Made by a program: the position numbers and the translations under genes | Notes under the pieces: generated by a model | What the model was told of the DNA's origin: nothing | Databases searched by the model: none | What the model saw: the letters and a program-made list of their open reading frames with translations, nothing else | Shown: piece after piece, positions 10,586 to 19,761 of the stretch | How positions within the stretch are numbered: the first letter of the stretch is position 1 | Layout of the letters: each line of letters begins with the position of its first letter | IMG/VR virus record: IMGVR_UViG_3300021181_000010 | Span: 1 to 64,000 of that record | Origin: a virus | Strand: one strand, 5' to 3' | Length of the DNA: 64,000 bases

Positions 10586-12409
10586 TTACAAAACAGTGGT
10601 CGTCGGGACCGGAACAGCTACGACCGCAACATCTGTCGGCTGAATGAAGAGAATATTGTTGAGGCTTGGTGACACATCATTCAGTTGTGGAGTCATGATC
10701 AAATTAATGTTTCCATTTGCGTTCGCCTGATACGGCATGAACGAAGTCAAATTTAGAACTCCATTCGTATAATCGACAGTCCCCACTTTTCTGACCGAAG
10801 TCGTCGCAATACCAATTCCTTGCTGAAACAAAAGTAAATTACCATTTCTGTCGTCATTGATATAGTATGTGTTTCCATTTTGATACGGAACCAAAAGCAA
10901 TGGATCTTGAACGACAACGAATGTACTTGAAGTCACCGATCCCGGCAGAATTGCATTGTAAGTTTGGAACGTATAGTTCGTCGCAACGTTCAATACTGGC
11001 TGAAACTGTTTGTACATTTGAATCGAAGTCTGGTTATTGGTAATGCTCGGATCGCTGTTGTCGATTGCCGCCAGGAGCTTCGAGTAACGAAATTCCAAAT
11101 TGAACTTATCCAGATCAGAGGTTGCATAGTTTACGATTGCATTGTACGCCCCGGTCTGAATGTCACCATCGGTCTTAAAAGTGTTCGCTGGGTTATACTT
11201 GACCGAACAATTTACGATAATGAACGTATAGTCAGGGTCAACAAACTCAGGAATTACGGAAACTATGTTGTATTGTCTGATGATATTATTGACGACCAAA
11301 GTCTTTGCTGCTTCAGTGATGACAAAACCATCTACTGGTTTGATCGAAATGAAAACTTTTCCATATTGTGGCGGAACTGCATCCTCGCCGCCCCACACCG
11401 TGCATGAGTCAGTATTTGTATATTGTTGAGTGATCGTCAGAATATAGTCAGACACCGTAACTGCTCGACCCTGCGCCTGATAGTTCTTGGGAGCCGTAAA
11501 TCGAATTTCATCGGTTGTCTCGGGATCTAATCCGCCAGCCGCAGGAATAAGCGTCGTAACTGTCGTGAGATTTTGTGGGTAACCTGCCAATGGTGCGGTC
11601 GGATAGAACGTCGTAGCACTATTTGCAACAGAACCATCTGACAAAATGTAATCGATGATGATAATGTTGCCGTCAACTAGAGCTTGACCAATGACACCAT
11701 CGCCAAAGACAAGTTCAAACTGCTGATTCTCAACTTCTTGTAAAAAGTAAGCCGTTGTTGTGCTGGTCAGCGTGATTAAGTCAGTCGCCAGAACAAAGGT
11801 CGTAAGCGTCGTGTCCGTCGTAGAATTTTGAACACGAACCGAAAGCGTAGAAGTATCGATACTCGGGTTCGGTAGAATAAATCTTTGGTTTGGAATCGAA
11901 TTGTCTACCGTGATTCTGAACGTATAAGCCAATCCTTCGATCAACGTAATATTTGGAAAATAATACTTGCCGCTGGAAAGTGTCGCTCCATAGGTCGCCG
12001 CCGCCACAAAATTGTAAGTCGTTCCGTCCACGTTTGCAGAAAATGGTGTGTTTTGCTCGATCACTGCGACCGGAGCCGAATTATTTGAAGTGATTGTTAC
12101 ACTGATGTTCGCCTGGGCGCTGGTGACCGAACGTGGTGTATAGTTCAACATCTTCGCCAATGAGACAACCGAAGAGCGCAAATTGGCCGAATCCAAGAAC
12201 ATTTCATTACCAATCATGTTCATGTAAAAGCCAAAGTAATGTGTATTGTACGTCAGGATGTCAAGAAGTACGGCAAGGCCAGATCCTTCAAAATCATAAT
12301 CTTTGAAGACTGCCTGACTACGAAGGTAATCTCGCAGCGACATCTTGATCGTGTCAAAATCAAGGTATCCAATATTCAGCTTTGAGGAAGTCGCAGGTGC
12401 ATTAGGCAT
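10586..12409 (-). CDS. Baseplate wedge protein, T4 gp6-like (baseplate J family)
   Basis: N-terminal region has DYDFEGSGLAVLLDILTYNTHY ... ANLRSSVVSLAK, matching the conserved T4 gp6 N-terminal block (DYDFEGSRLNVL..LLAYNT ... ANLRSSVVQ) recalled from memory. Confidence 0.75.
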   Translation of the reverse strand: MPNAPATSSKLNIGYLDFDTIKMSLRDYLRSQAVFKDYDFEGSGLAVLLDILTYNTHYFGFYMNMIGNEMFLDSANLRSSVVSLAKMLNYTPRSVTSAQANISVTITSNNSAPVAVIEQNTPFSANVDGTTYNFVAAATYGATLSSGKYYFPNITLIEGLAYTFRITVDNSIPNQRFILPNPSIDTSTLSVRVQNSTTDTTLTTFVLATDLITLTSTTTAYFLQEVENQQFELVFGDGVIGQALVDGNIIIIDYILSDGSVANSATTFYPTAPLAGYPQNLTTVTTLIPAAGGLDPETTDEIRFTAPKNYQAQGRAVTVSDYILTITQQYTNTDSCTVWGGEDAVPPQYGKVFISIKPVDGFVITEAAKTLVVNNIIRQYNIVSVIPEFVDPDYTFIIVNCSVKYNPANTFKTDGDIQTGAYNAIVNYATSDLDKFNLEFRYSKLLAAIDNSDPSITNNQTSIQMYKQFQPVLNVATNYTFQTYNAILPGSVTSSTFVVVQDPLLLVPYQNGNTYYINDDRNGNLLLFQQGIGIATTSVRKVGTVDYTNGVLNLTSFMPYQANANGNINLIMTPQLNDVSPSLNNILFIQPTDVAVVAVPVPTTTVL

Positions 12410-12410
12410 G

Positions 12411-12824
12411 TTATCTCAATCTCTCAAGGAAAAAATCTACGGTCTGTAAGTCTCGAACATTCAACACATAAAATGTAATCGTTGCGTTGTATCCGTTGTT
12501 GTCCGGGTCCGCAACTACCGCAACCGTTTGCAGTTGGACTCGCTTCTCAAAATTTGTGATCACATTTTGTATTGAAGTTTTAATGCCCAATGCCGTGATC
12601 GGACTGATGTTTTCAAACAAAAGTGCTGTCGCATTGCAGCCGATCTCTGGATGAAACGGGCGCTCATAGTTTTTTGTCAAAACTAGATTCACCACGGCTT
12701 GCTTCACAGCATCGGCATCGTACAGAATACCGATATCTTTTCGCACTGGATTGGCGATAAAGGAAAGGTTTAGATCAGAGTAACGATTGGTGATAGTCTG
12801 CGGCACAAGACTATTTAGTGCCAC
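12411..12824 (-). CDS. Baseplate wedge protein, gp25-like (GPW/gp25 lysozyme-like fold)
   Basis: ERPFHPEIGCNATALLFENISP matches gp25 family core (RPFDPEFGC..LFE); about 137 aa, adjacent to gp6-like gene. Confidence 0.75.
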   Translation of the reverse strand: MALNSLVPQTITNRYSDLNLSFIANPVRKDIGILYDADAVKQAVVNLVLTKNYERPFHPEIGCNATALLFENISPITALGIKTSIQNVITNFEKRVQLQTVAVVADPDNNGYNATITFYVLNVRDLQTVDFFLERLR

Positions 12825-12839
12825 TGACTTGCGAGGATA

Positions 12840-13292
12840 TTAAGGCTTGTACTGTTCCAAAATGTTAGGAAGCCAGAACATGTTGTGTCTGTCCCGGAGT
12901 GGTAGCCATTTGTTCACTTTGTCGGTGGTGTTGTGATTACCTACATCCAATAGCGCCATTTTTTCAATACCAACATCAAGAAGGGCCACGGCGAGCACAC
13001 TTACAGGAACGTCGTTTGGATTTGCGTACTTTTCTTCAAACGGAGTTGCCATCAACCGTCGAAAGTATATGCCGATCTTACCAGAATAAAGATCCTGATC
13101 GAACTTTAGACATTCCATTAGCAATTTGTACGGTGGGGAATTACGTGCGGCCAGAATAAAATTTCTAGTTCCGGCAACCACTTCAATCTCGACCGCAAAC
13201 TGAACTGTAGTAAGCTCTTTGATCGCTGCTCTCAGCTTCTCGTCGTACTCATCGGTGGGTAACATGATGTACCAGGGCAACGATGAACCCAA
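12840..13292 (-). CDS. Hypothetical protein
   Basis: 150-aa ORF in baseplate operon, no recognisable motif. Confidence 0.4.
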   Translation of the reverse strand: MGSSLPWYIMLPTDEYDEKLRAAIKELTTVQFAVEIEVVAGTRNFILAARNSPPYKLLMECLKFDQDLYSGKIGIYFRRLMATPFEEKYANPNDVPVSVLAVALLDVGIEKMALLDVGNHNTTDKVNKWLPLRDRHNMFWLPNILEQYKP

Positions 13293-13614
13293 TCACCGCT
13301 GCTGTCGTCAAAACTTTTGCGATCCGAACGCTCACGTCGCCATCCCGGTAGAAAAATCCGATGTCCGACACACGTAAGTACAAACCAGTCGCTTGATAGA
13401 ACACAAATCGAAATACTCGAAATGGTATGCAGACAATCCACCAAATGATCCGAAACGGAAGTGTCACGAGAAACCAGAGCACTTCCATCATATGGCTACC
13501 ACACCACCAAAGACCAATCAACAAGATCGCAGCAAGCTCAAAAACAAATTTGAGGTTGAAAAGAATGACCAATCCAATGATAACAGCAATGATGACAGAT
13601 ATCGTAAGCAGCAT
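13249..13614 (-). CDS. Small integral membrane protein (3-4 TM helices)
   Basis: Highly hydrophobic, Trp-rich 121-aa ORF between gp5-like and downstream genes. Confidence 0.4.
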   Translation of the reverse strand: MLLTISVIIAVIIGLVILFNLKFVFELAAILLIGLWWCGSHMMEVLWFLVTLPFRIIWWIVCIPFRVFRFVFYQATGLYLRVSDIGFFYRDGDVSVRIAKVLTTAAVIGFIVALVHHVTHR

Positions 13615-13632
13615 GTTAACAATTATATCAGA

Positions 13633-15225
13633 TCAACAATCGCTTTGGTTTGGACAGGTCGTCGGATTCACATCAGGCTGCGTTTCCTTCACCGGCTCTG
13701 GACCAGTTTCGTTTCTGGTTTCGATGATGCCAGTCGGGTCCGGGAAGGGAGGAATGACCGGCGCTGAAGGCGATCCAGGAGAAGATGGACTGCTCGGACT
13801 GTGTGGCGAACCTGGATGCGGACTACCAGATGGAGTCACAATTGCATTTGCTAACCACGTCCATCCACCAGCACCACCAACAATAGCCGAAGCGGTCACA
13901 CCAAACTGACCTCCCGCCGAAGATTCAATTTCACCATCGGCATTCATTTCAATCGTAGCGGCGCTTTCAGAATAGGAACCACCGATTTTCACATCGTAAC
14001 TGCCGCCAGCACTCAACGAATCAGAATCACCAATGTTCGTCGTTCTGGAATCGCCAATGTGCAACGTCTCTCCGTTACCAATTTTTGTAGTTCGACCATC
14101 ACCAATATTCACGGTCTCCCCGTTGCCGATATTTGTGGTCCGTCCTTCGCCCACGTCCAATTCTTCCGATTCAGCAATTCGGACGATACGCTTTCCACCG
14201 ATATCAGTAAAATAATCACCACCGATCTTCTCAGTATAGTCGCCCTGGACATGGACATTCATATCACCATCGGCTTGAACATTGATGGTATCTTGGCAAT
14301 AAAAATTCACTTCACCACGTACTGTGACGTTCAGCGTATTTTGGTGCTGGATGTATGAATTCTCCATGTGAATTTCAAAAGTCTTCCCGACGATCTTCAT
14401 TCCAAAATCGCCACTCAGACCAGGATTGTCTTCTTGTCCAGTTCCAATTTCGATGTACGTACCAGAACGATGATAGATGTGAATTCGTTCGGCATTCGGT
14501 GTATCGTCAACTTCCAAAATATGACCAGACTCCGATTCATAGACGTGATTGTACGGATAAGCAGAGTCGTACCCCGGCAATGGTTCGTTGAATTGTCGGC
14601 CAGGAGTCGTATGAGCAAATGCAATAGGAACACCAACTGCACGCTGTCTCTGTCGAACGCCAATGATCGTATCGCTAATATTTTCTGCTCGGGCGAGACG
14701 GTTCACATCCGATTCGCCAATGATGCAACCCCAAGGATGAGTTTGGCGGGGATACAACGATGCCTGTGACTCGTTTGTGTTCTGTGCGCCGGTTCCGTCA
14801 TTCGGATAATAACGAATACGAGTCTTCCTTGGTGCATTTTGAAGATCGTGGAATGGTGTGGACGGATCGTAGAACCCAATGCAAGGTTGTGGCTGCTCTT
14901 CGGGAATGCCAGCAATGGTTCCAAGCACGACTGGATCTTGAGCACTTTCATTATCTTTGAAAAATCCCCAGACCCATGTTCCTTCTGCTGGTCCTGTCGG
15001 AGAGTGACCAAGGCCATTCATTGCCTGATTCCAAGTAATTGGCTGATAGACGTAAGCCCATTGCAATTCGCACGTCGGAATCAACTGCTTGTTTTCTGTA
15101 TGTGCTCCCAAAATGCGAACACGTAGCCGACCCAACATAACTGGATCATTACGATCTTCGACAACTCCCATCCACCAGTAGAAGGAGTCTTTGCCCATAA
15201 AATTCGGCTCTATCTTCATGCACAT
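13633..15225 (-). CDS. Baseplate hub / central spike protein, gp5-like (VgrG-like OB-fold N-domain plus beta-helix repeats)
   Basis: FYWWMGVVEDRNDPVMLGRLRVRILGAH is the classic gp5/phage_base_V N-terminal motif; C-terminal VGEGRTTNIGNGETVNIGDGRTTKIGNGETLHIGDSRTTNIGD triplicated beta-helix repeats; unusual Pro/Ser-rich tail ending in Cys. Confidence 0.7.
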   Translation of the reverse strand: MCMKIEPNFMGKDSFYWWMGVVEDRNDPVMLGRLRVRILGAHTENKQLIPTCELQWAYVYQPITWNQAMNGLGHSPTGPAEGTWVWGFFKDNESAQDPVVLGTIAGIPEEQPQPCIGFYDPSTPFHDLQNAPRKTRIRYYPNDGTGAQNTNESQASLYPRQTHPWGCIIGESDVNRLARAENISDTIIGVRQRQRAVGVPIAFAHTTPGRQFNEPLPGYDSAYPYNHVYESESGHILEVDDTPNAERIHIYHRSGTYIEIGTGQEDNPGLSGDFGMKIVGKTFEIHMENSYIQHQNTLNVTVRGEVNFYCQDTINVQADGDMNVHVQGDYTEKIGGDYFTDIGGKRIVRIAESEELDVGEGRTTNIGNGETVNIGDGRTTKIGNGETLHIGDSRTTNIGDSDSLSAGGSYDVKIGGSYSESAATIEMNADGEIESSAGGQFGVTASAIVGGAGGWTWLANAIVTPSGSPHPGSPHSPSSPSSPGSPSAPVIPPFPDPTGIIETRNETGPEPVKETQPDVNPTTCPNQSDC

Positions 15226-15230
15226 ATATA

Positions 15231-15779
15231 GTGGTGATGCTTTACTACGTTTACGCTTACTACGATCCTATTACCAATTTGCCGTTCTACATCGGCAAAG
15301 GTCACGGCGCACGAGCGCACTCTCATTTGAGCGAATTAAAAACTACTACCAAAAACATTCGGAAATGGAACAAAATCAATTCTATCAGAAAACACGGCCA
15401 CGAACCTGAAGTAAGAATATTGAAAACTGATCTTACTGAAGACGCTGCATACGACCTTGAAGAAAAACTCATCCGTACCTGGGGTCGGAAACGAATTGAT
15501 CAGAATGGTGTGCTAACTAACATCTGCCTTGATGCTCGTCCACCAGGAAATCCTACAGCACATCTAGGAAAAAAACATTCGACGGCGACTAAGAAAGTAA
15601 TGGCAGAACGCAAAGCAAAAGATTGGCGCATCACTTCACCAGATGGCGTAGTGGAGACTATTACAAATCTTCGAGAATTTTGTCGTTCTCGACAATTGAA
15701 TCAGTCAACACTCGTCAAAATTGCTCACGGCCAGCAACAGAAATCCCACAAAGGATACTACTGCGAATTGGTCACGTAG
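15231..15779 (+). CDS. GIY-YIG homing endonuclease
   Basis: YVYAYYDPITNLPFYIGKGHGARAHSHL = GIY...YIG motif with downstream catalytic Arg/His; basic C-terminal DNA-binding region; plus-strand insertion between minus-strand structural genes. Confidence 0.75.
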   Translation: MVMLYYVYAYYDPITNLPFYIGKGHGARAHSHLSELKTTTKNIRKWNKINSIRKHGHEPEVRILKTDLTEDAAYDLEEKLIRTWGRKRIDQNGVLTNICLDARPPGNPTAHLGKKHSTATKKVMAERKAKDWRITSPDGVVETITNLREFCRSRQLNQSTLVKIAHGQQQKSHKGYYCELVT

Positions 15780-15858
15780 GATATCATCTCACTTTCATTT
15801 AGACCATACAATTTTGAAGAACTTGACGAAAGATGCATCTTTGTGCTAGGGTCAGTTC

Positions 15859-16206
15859 ATGGACTTTCAAATTGAATTTCATGAAGCACCAAACGGAGAC
15901 CTTTTGTTGTCGGTCGATTCCAAAACACAAATGATGCTTCAGGTGATCAAAGGTATCGATCCAATTGCGTTCGCCACCAGCGTTACTCAATTTGACATCT
16001 TCGGTTGGTTCATTACAAATACTGAATATTCCTGGATTACACCGGAAGAGATCGACGCCTTTACCGATGCTCCGATTCTTGGTATCAAAGGATCGAACGA
16101 ATATGGCGATGTTATCCGGGCCTGGGCGTTCATGGATTTTGAATCACGGTCACCCCAAGATGATTTGGCCGATAAAGGCCGGGTTCGATTTACTGGAAAC
16201 GACTAA
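15859..16206 (+). CDS. Hypothetical protein
   Basis: 115-aa plus-strand ORF preceded by a palindrome 'AAGATGCATCTT' next to a TTGACG -35-like box. Confidence 0.4.
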   Translation: MDFQIEFHEAPNGDLLLSVDSKTQMMLQVIKGIDPIAFATSVTQFDIFGWFITNTEYSWITPEEIDAFTDAPILGIKGSNEYGDVIRAWAFMDFESRSPQDDLADKGRVRFTGND

Positions 16207-16250
16207 TTTAGATACATCTATTGACATTCGCACTCGATCCTGCTACTATG
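16207..16250 (+). promoter_or_regulatory. Sigma70-like promoter with conserved upstream inverted repeat (TTTAGATACATCTATTGACA -17 bp- TACTAT)
   Basis: TTGACA, 17-nt spacer, TACTAT; the element TAGATACATCTATTGAC recurs at 16716 and 63851. Confidence 0.55.
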
Positions 16251-16255
16251 GATTC

Positions 16256-16408
16256 ATGAGCAACGAACTAGACGATCTGATCCGGTTGAGTCCTGAAGAA
16301 GTCTACGGCGCAGAGCCAACCGAACTCGAAAAGGCCGAAATGTTCAATGCCGCAGAAGACATTCGCATCGAGCGCTACATGATTGAACGTCACCTGGGAG
16401 GCAAGTAA
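16256..16408 (+). CDS. Small hypothetical protein (51 aa)
   Basis: ATG just after promoter motif; translation MSNELDDLIRLSPEEVYGAEPTELEKAEMFNAAEDIRIERYMIERHLGGK; stop overlaps downstream RBS GGAGG. Confidence 0.35.
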   Translation: MSNELDDLIRLSPEEVYGAEPTELEKAEMFNAAEDIRIERYMIERHLGGK

Positions 16409-16714
16409 ATGCCAACCAAACACAAGCCTGACACCACGATTCCCTGCAACATCTGCAAAGGAACAAAGCGCAACGGCAACCATGAATGCGGGGCCTGCTT
16501 TGGCACTGGTCTTTCGACGGCATCTTACGATCAGCGCCGAAACGCCACCACGATTACGGTATGGGAAGGCGAAAAAATGCCCGATATGGAAGGGCTGGAA
16601 GTTCATTCTCGACGGGCAACCAATCGTACAAATGGCTCGACTGTGATGCCCAAAATTCAACACGGCGTCATCATGCTCATCTCCTGGACGAATAAGGATT
16701 ATCGAGGCGAATAA
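16409..16714 (+). CDS. Small Cys-rich zinc-ribbon protein
   Basis: CNICKGTKRNGNHECGACFGTG: four Cys in CxxC...CxxC arrangement; GGAGG RBS 8 nt upstream. Confidence 0.5.
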   Translation: MPTKHKPDTTIPCNICKGTKRNGNHECGACFGTGLSTASYDQRRNATTITVWEGEKMPDMEGLEVHSRRATNRTNGSTVMPKIQHGVIMLISWTNKDYRGE

Positions 16715-16715
16715 T

Positions 16716-16760
16716 TTAGATACATCTATTGACTTAAAGACCTGAAACTGGTATTCTTAA
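16716..16760 (+). promoter_or_regulatory. Second copy of the TAGATACATCTATTGAC promoter element (TTGACT -17- TATTCT)
   Basis: Same 17-mer as at 16207 followed by -10-like hexamer; precedes ORF 16764. Confidence 0.5.
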
Positions 16761-16763
16761 CTC

Positions 16764-17129
16764 ATGAACAGCGCACAACGAGATTGGATGATTCGGATGG
16801 AAGCGAATGTCGGAACGCTACGAGAACAGTATCACGGTGCCTCAGCATTTGATAATGAACTTCTCGCCGAAACGCTTCGCAAGGTTCGTGAAGCTGTGCG
16901 CCGCCTGAAGCTGAAAGTGGTCGATGAGGTACAAAATGCCATCGATAACGAATTCTGGGACGGCGAGGCCGATTCTCGTGTCGAATGGCTGGCCGAAGCT
17001 CTTCGCATCATCAGCATCTACACTGCGGAGCCGGATGACGACGGATTCAACGAAGAAGTAGAGTACGAACAGGAAATGGATCGCCGGTATCATTTACTTC
17101 ATGGCGGCGACCCGGAGTGGGCACAATGA
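16764..17129 (+). CDS. Hypothetical protein
   Basis: 121-aa acidic ORF, first gene of a three-gene plus-strand cassette. Confidence 0.45.
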   Translation: MNSAQRDWMIRMEANVGTLREQYHGASAFDNELLAETLRKVREAVRRLKLKVVDEVQNAIDNEFWDGEADSRVEWLAEALRIISIYTAEPDDDGFNEEVEYEQEMDRRYHLLHGGDPEWAQ

Positions 17130-17356
17130 CGGAACAAGAAACAGCCTTTGTCGAAATGGTCTCCAAGCACGATTTGACCTTCGACTACTCAGACGACTTT
17201 CGATGCTGGAAAGCTGGCAATGCTTCTCTGGCGGCGATCCACGAAGCTGCAAAATCGCTTCCTCGTGATTTCGTTGTTGAAACGTGGAATGCTGCCGTAG
17301 ACAAGAAGATCGTCCCCGGTCGGCGTGAACAGTGGTATTGGAAGGAAACAGTATGA
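17117..17356 (+). CDS. Hypothetical protein
   Basis: 79-aa ORF, start overlaps stop of upstream gene (translational coupling). Confidence 0.4.
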   Translation: MGTMTEQETAFVEMVSKHDLTFDYSDDFRCWKAGNASLAAIHEAAKSLPRDFVVETWNAAVDKKIVPGRREQWYWKETV

Positions 17357-17643
17357 AAGCAATTCGATGTGACAGTGGAAACCCTTTTGAAGTCCTGCGG
17401 TCGTTTGTGACGAAAAATCCAGACTTCTTGCCGGTCTCGATGATCATGGACATTGGTTATGCTTCGACGCTGGTGACGATCAACAAACTAGAAGACATAG
17501 ACGGGATTGAGGCGTTTCAACAAAAAATGCGTGAGACCGATCCAGTCAGAGATGCGCTGGGAATGGCGATGAAAGCGAGCCAGCCGAATACCGTGTACTC
17601 TTCCGATTTGAAACTCTTGGTGAAGAACGGGAAGTTCGTATGA
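17332..17643 (+). CDS. Hypothetical protein
   Basis: 103-aa ORF overlapping upstream gene by 25 nt. Confidence 0.4.
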   Translation: MVLEGNSMKAIRCDSGNPFEVLRSFVTKNPDFLPVSMIMDIGYASTLVTINKLEDIDGIEAFQQKMRETDPVRDALGMAMKASQPNTVYSSDLKLLVKNGKFV

Positions 17644-17748
17644 CCTGTTCCAAAAACTTCAAGAAGGTGCGTTGGTCGAACGTATTTGTTGACACAAGAC
17701 CTCGGCCTACCTGTGTACGTATTGATCGGTGTCGCCGCAGGATACGTT

Positions 17749-18345
17749 CTAATCGAATTTCTTGATCGTTAAAGGCGGATCGGACGCAGCAAGAGGCATT
17801 GTCTGCCAGCTACCATTCGCATTTGTAATCATCAGAGGCGTAGCCGGAATGTTCACATAAGGTCCCAACTTCGTTCCATCGGCAAGCACAAGCTGGATCA
17901 TCTGAAGACCGGCGCAATTCCATCCCAGAGGGCCATCCACAATCGTAACCGTCAAAACATCGCCGACAGTATACCCAGATGCAAACGGCGCAGCCAACCC
18001 AGTTATGACCCCATTCGTGAAATAAACTGTGATGCTTCCTGCTGTACCAGTCCCGCCCGTAATCGTTATTTGTGGATTGACGTAGCTGGAGCCGCCCGAA
18101 CCGACAACCAGGGTCAACACTGAAGCAGACACCACCGACGCCGTAGCGCTCGCCCCAGTGCCAGCAGCAGGCTTTGTAACGCCACTTCCAACACACTGCC
18201 ACCGTTGGACAGAAGCGATTGGCGAAACCATCAAATTTTTGACTTGTGATTGTCCGTCAGCCAACGTTTGTGCATTGCTTTGCTGAATGATGAGAACGAT
18301 TAATGCAAGAAAAAGAATCAACCATACAACTCTAAGTGTTTTCAT
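17749..18345 (-). CDS. Secreted protein with N-terminal signal peptide, paralog A
   Basis: MKTLRVVWLILFLALIVLIIQQSNAQ signal peptide (start taken at internal Met); C-terminal ITGGTGTAGSITVYFTNGVITGLAAPFASGYTVGDVLTVTIVDGPLGW domain shared with next gene. Confidence 0.55.
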   Translation of the reverse strand: MKTLRVVWLILFLALIVLIIQQSNAQTLADGQSQVKNLMVSPIASVQRWQCVGSGVTKPAAGTGASATASVVSASVLTLVVGSGGSSYVNPQITITGGTGTAGSITVYFTNGVITGLAAPFASGYTVGDVLTVTIVDGPLGWNCAGLQMIQLVLADGTKLGPYVNIPATPLMITNANGSWQTMPLAASDPPLTIKKFD

Positions 18346-18355
18346 GTCGTCTTTC

Positions 18356-19228
18356 CTAATAGAGATAAGCAACTGTGATGTAATCGTCCAAATTCCACGC
18401 TACAAGCGCCCCAGAAGCATCTTGATAGAGAACTGGGATAATGTAGCCAGTCGTCGTATTGAGCGTATAGTCGGGACCGAGACGCTGTAGAAGGCCATTC
18501 CGCCAGACCTGGACGTTGCGCCCCGGCTTCGGATACTTCCATGTCTGTGGAATGTCCGTGATCGTTACTGTCAGAACGTCGCCAATCGTGTAGCCAGTGG
18601 CATTGGGTGCATTAATCGCTGTGATGACCCCTCCAACGACAGTAGCAGTGACATTCCCAGGAGTGCCGGTGCCGCCAGTGATCGAGACCATCGGTAAAAC
18701 GTAGCCACTTCCACCGCTGACACTTGTGAACGACAATGACGTGAGTGTTGTTGTTCCAGGCGGATTAAAAACAACTCCCTGGAAAACGGCACCTGTCCCA
18801 AATGGACCGTTATTGACAACAGCAATTTGATTCACATACTGTGTCGGAAAAATCCCACGAAGCTGACCCCCAGAACATGCAGGCGAACATGATGCACCTG
18901 ATGCAAATTCAATCCAGACACCTAGTGGAAAGGTCTGAACAGTGCCATCACTCATGAGCACTTGAACACCAACTGGAGTAGGAGCAGCACCACCAACAAC
19001 TGCCCGAGACACTTTGTTCTCAAACATTCGCATGAACCAATTTGGTTTTTGAACCTTGGCCGGTGCTGGCGGTGCGATTGGCGGCGGCGGTTCTTCAGAC
19101 GCAGCGACCACTAAGGGAAAGGGCGCTGTAATATTGCTTTTTTGTTTTGTCTGTTGTGCGCTCAGTGTAAGCGAAAGAATGGTCGCTGTGAGTCCTGTTG
19201 CTCGAAGTATGACTTTCATCAAAGACAT
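18356..19228 (-). CDS. Secreted protein with signal peptide and Pro-rich linker, paralog B
   Basis: MKVILRATGLTATILSLTLSAQQ signal peptide, PPPPIAPPAP linker, C-terminal ITGGTGTPGNVTATVVGGVITAINAPNATGYTIGDVLTVTITDIPQTW domain homologous to paralog A. Confidence 0.55.
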   Translation of the reverse strand: MSLMKVILRATGLTATILSLTLSAQQTKQKSNITAPFPLVVAASEEPPPPIAPPAPAKVQKPNWFMRMFENKVSRAVVGGAAPTPVGVQVLMSDGTVQTFPLGVWIEFASGASCSPACSGGQLRGIFPTQYVNQIAVVNNGPFGTGAVFQGVVFNPPGTTTLTSLSFTSVSGGSGYVLPMVSITGGTGTPGNVTATVVGGVITAINAPNATGYTIGDVLTVTITDIPQTWKYPKPGRNVQVWRNGLLQRLGPDYTLNTTTGYIIPVLYQDASGALVAWNLDDYITVAYLY

Positions 19229-19686
19229 TTAGTTCGTTCCTTTTCTGATGGCAAGGATTCCCGATTCTCCACCTTGCATTTCCCGCTGAGAGATTTTACC
19301 CCTACTGGCCAACTCTTGACGGAGTGACATTAAGCTGCGGACGTGCTAATTTGTGGATCGTTTCTTACGCCCTGTGGATTCATGTATTATCCCACAGTCC
19401 GTGCCGAGTCAAGCTCGATCTTTGCACCACATCAGGCTTTCATCTTCGCATAGAGTGGGTTAAGGTGTCAAGGCTATATACTGCCATGAAAAACCATCAT
19501 CACCAAACAATGCAACTCAGAGTATGGCTGGAGAAAATTCTAGGACCAACCGCAAGGGTTTCTGAATGCTCGGATCGTCGAGTAAGAGAACGGGCCTGGA
19601 CAGTCAAGAATTTTTATGGCAGTTCGATCTTGGAAAAATGGGGATACCCGCTTCCATTTGACGAACCGATTTTGAATTAGAAATTT

Positions 19687-19761
19687 TGGAGCGAAGAGTG
19701 GGAGTCGAACCCACCTACACTTGATTGGCAACCAAGGGCACAGCCGCTATACCATCCTCGC
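19687..19761 (-). tRNA. tRNA-Gly (anticodon GCC)
   Basis: Manual fold: acceptor GCGAGGA/TCTTCGC, T-arm GTGGGTTCGACTCCCAC, anticodon stem CTTGG/TCAAG with loop TTGCCAA, encoded CCA. Confidence 0.75.
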
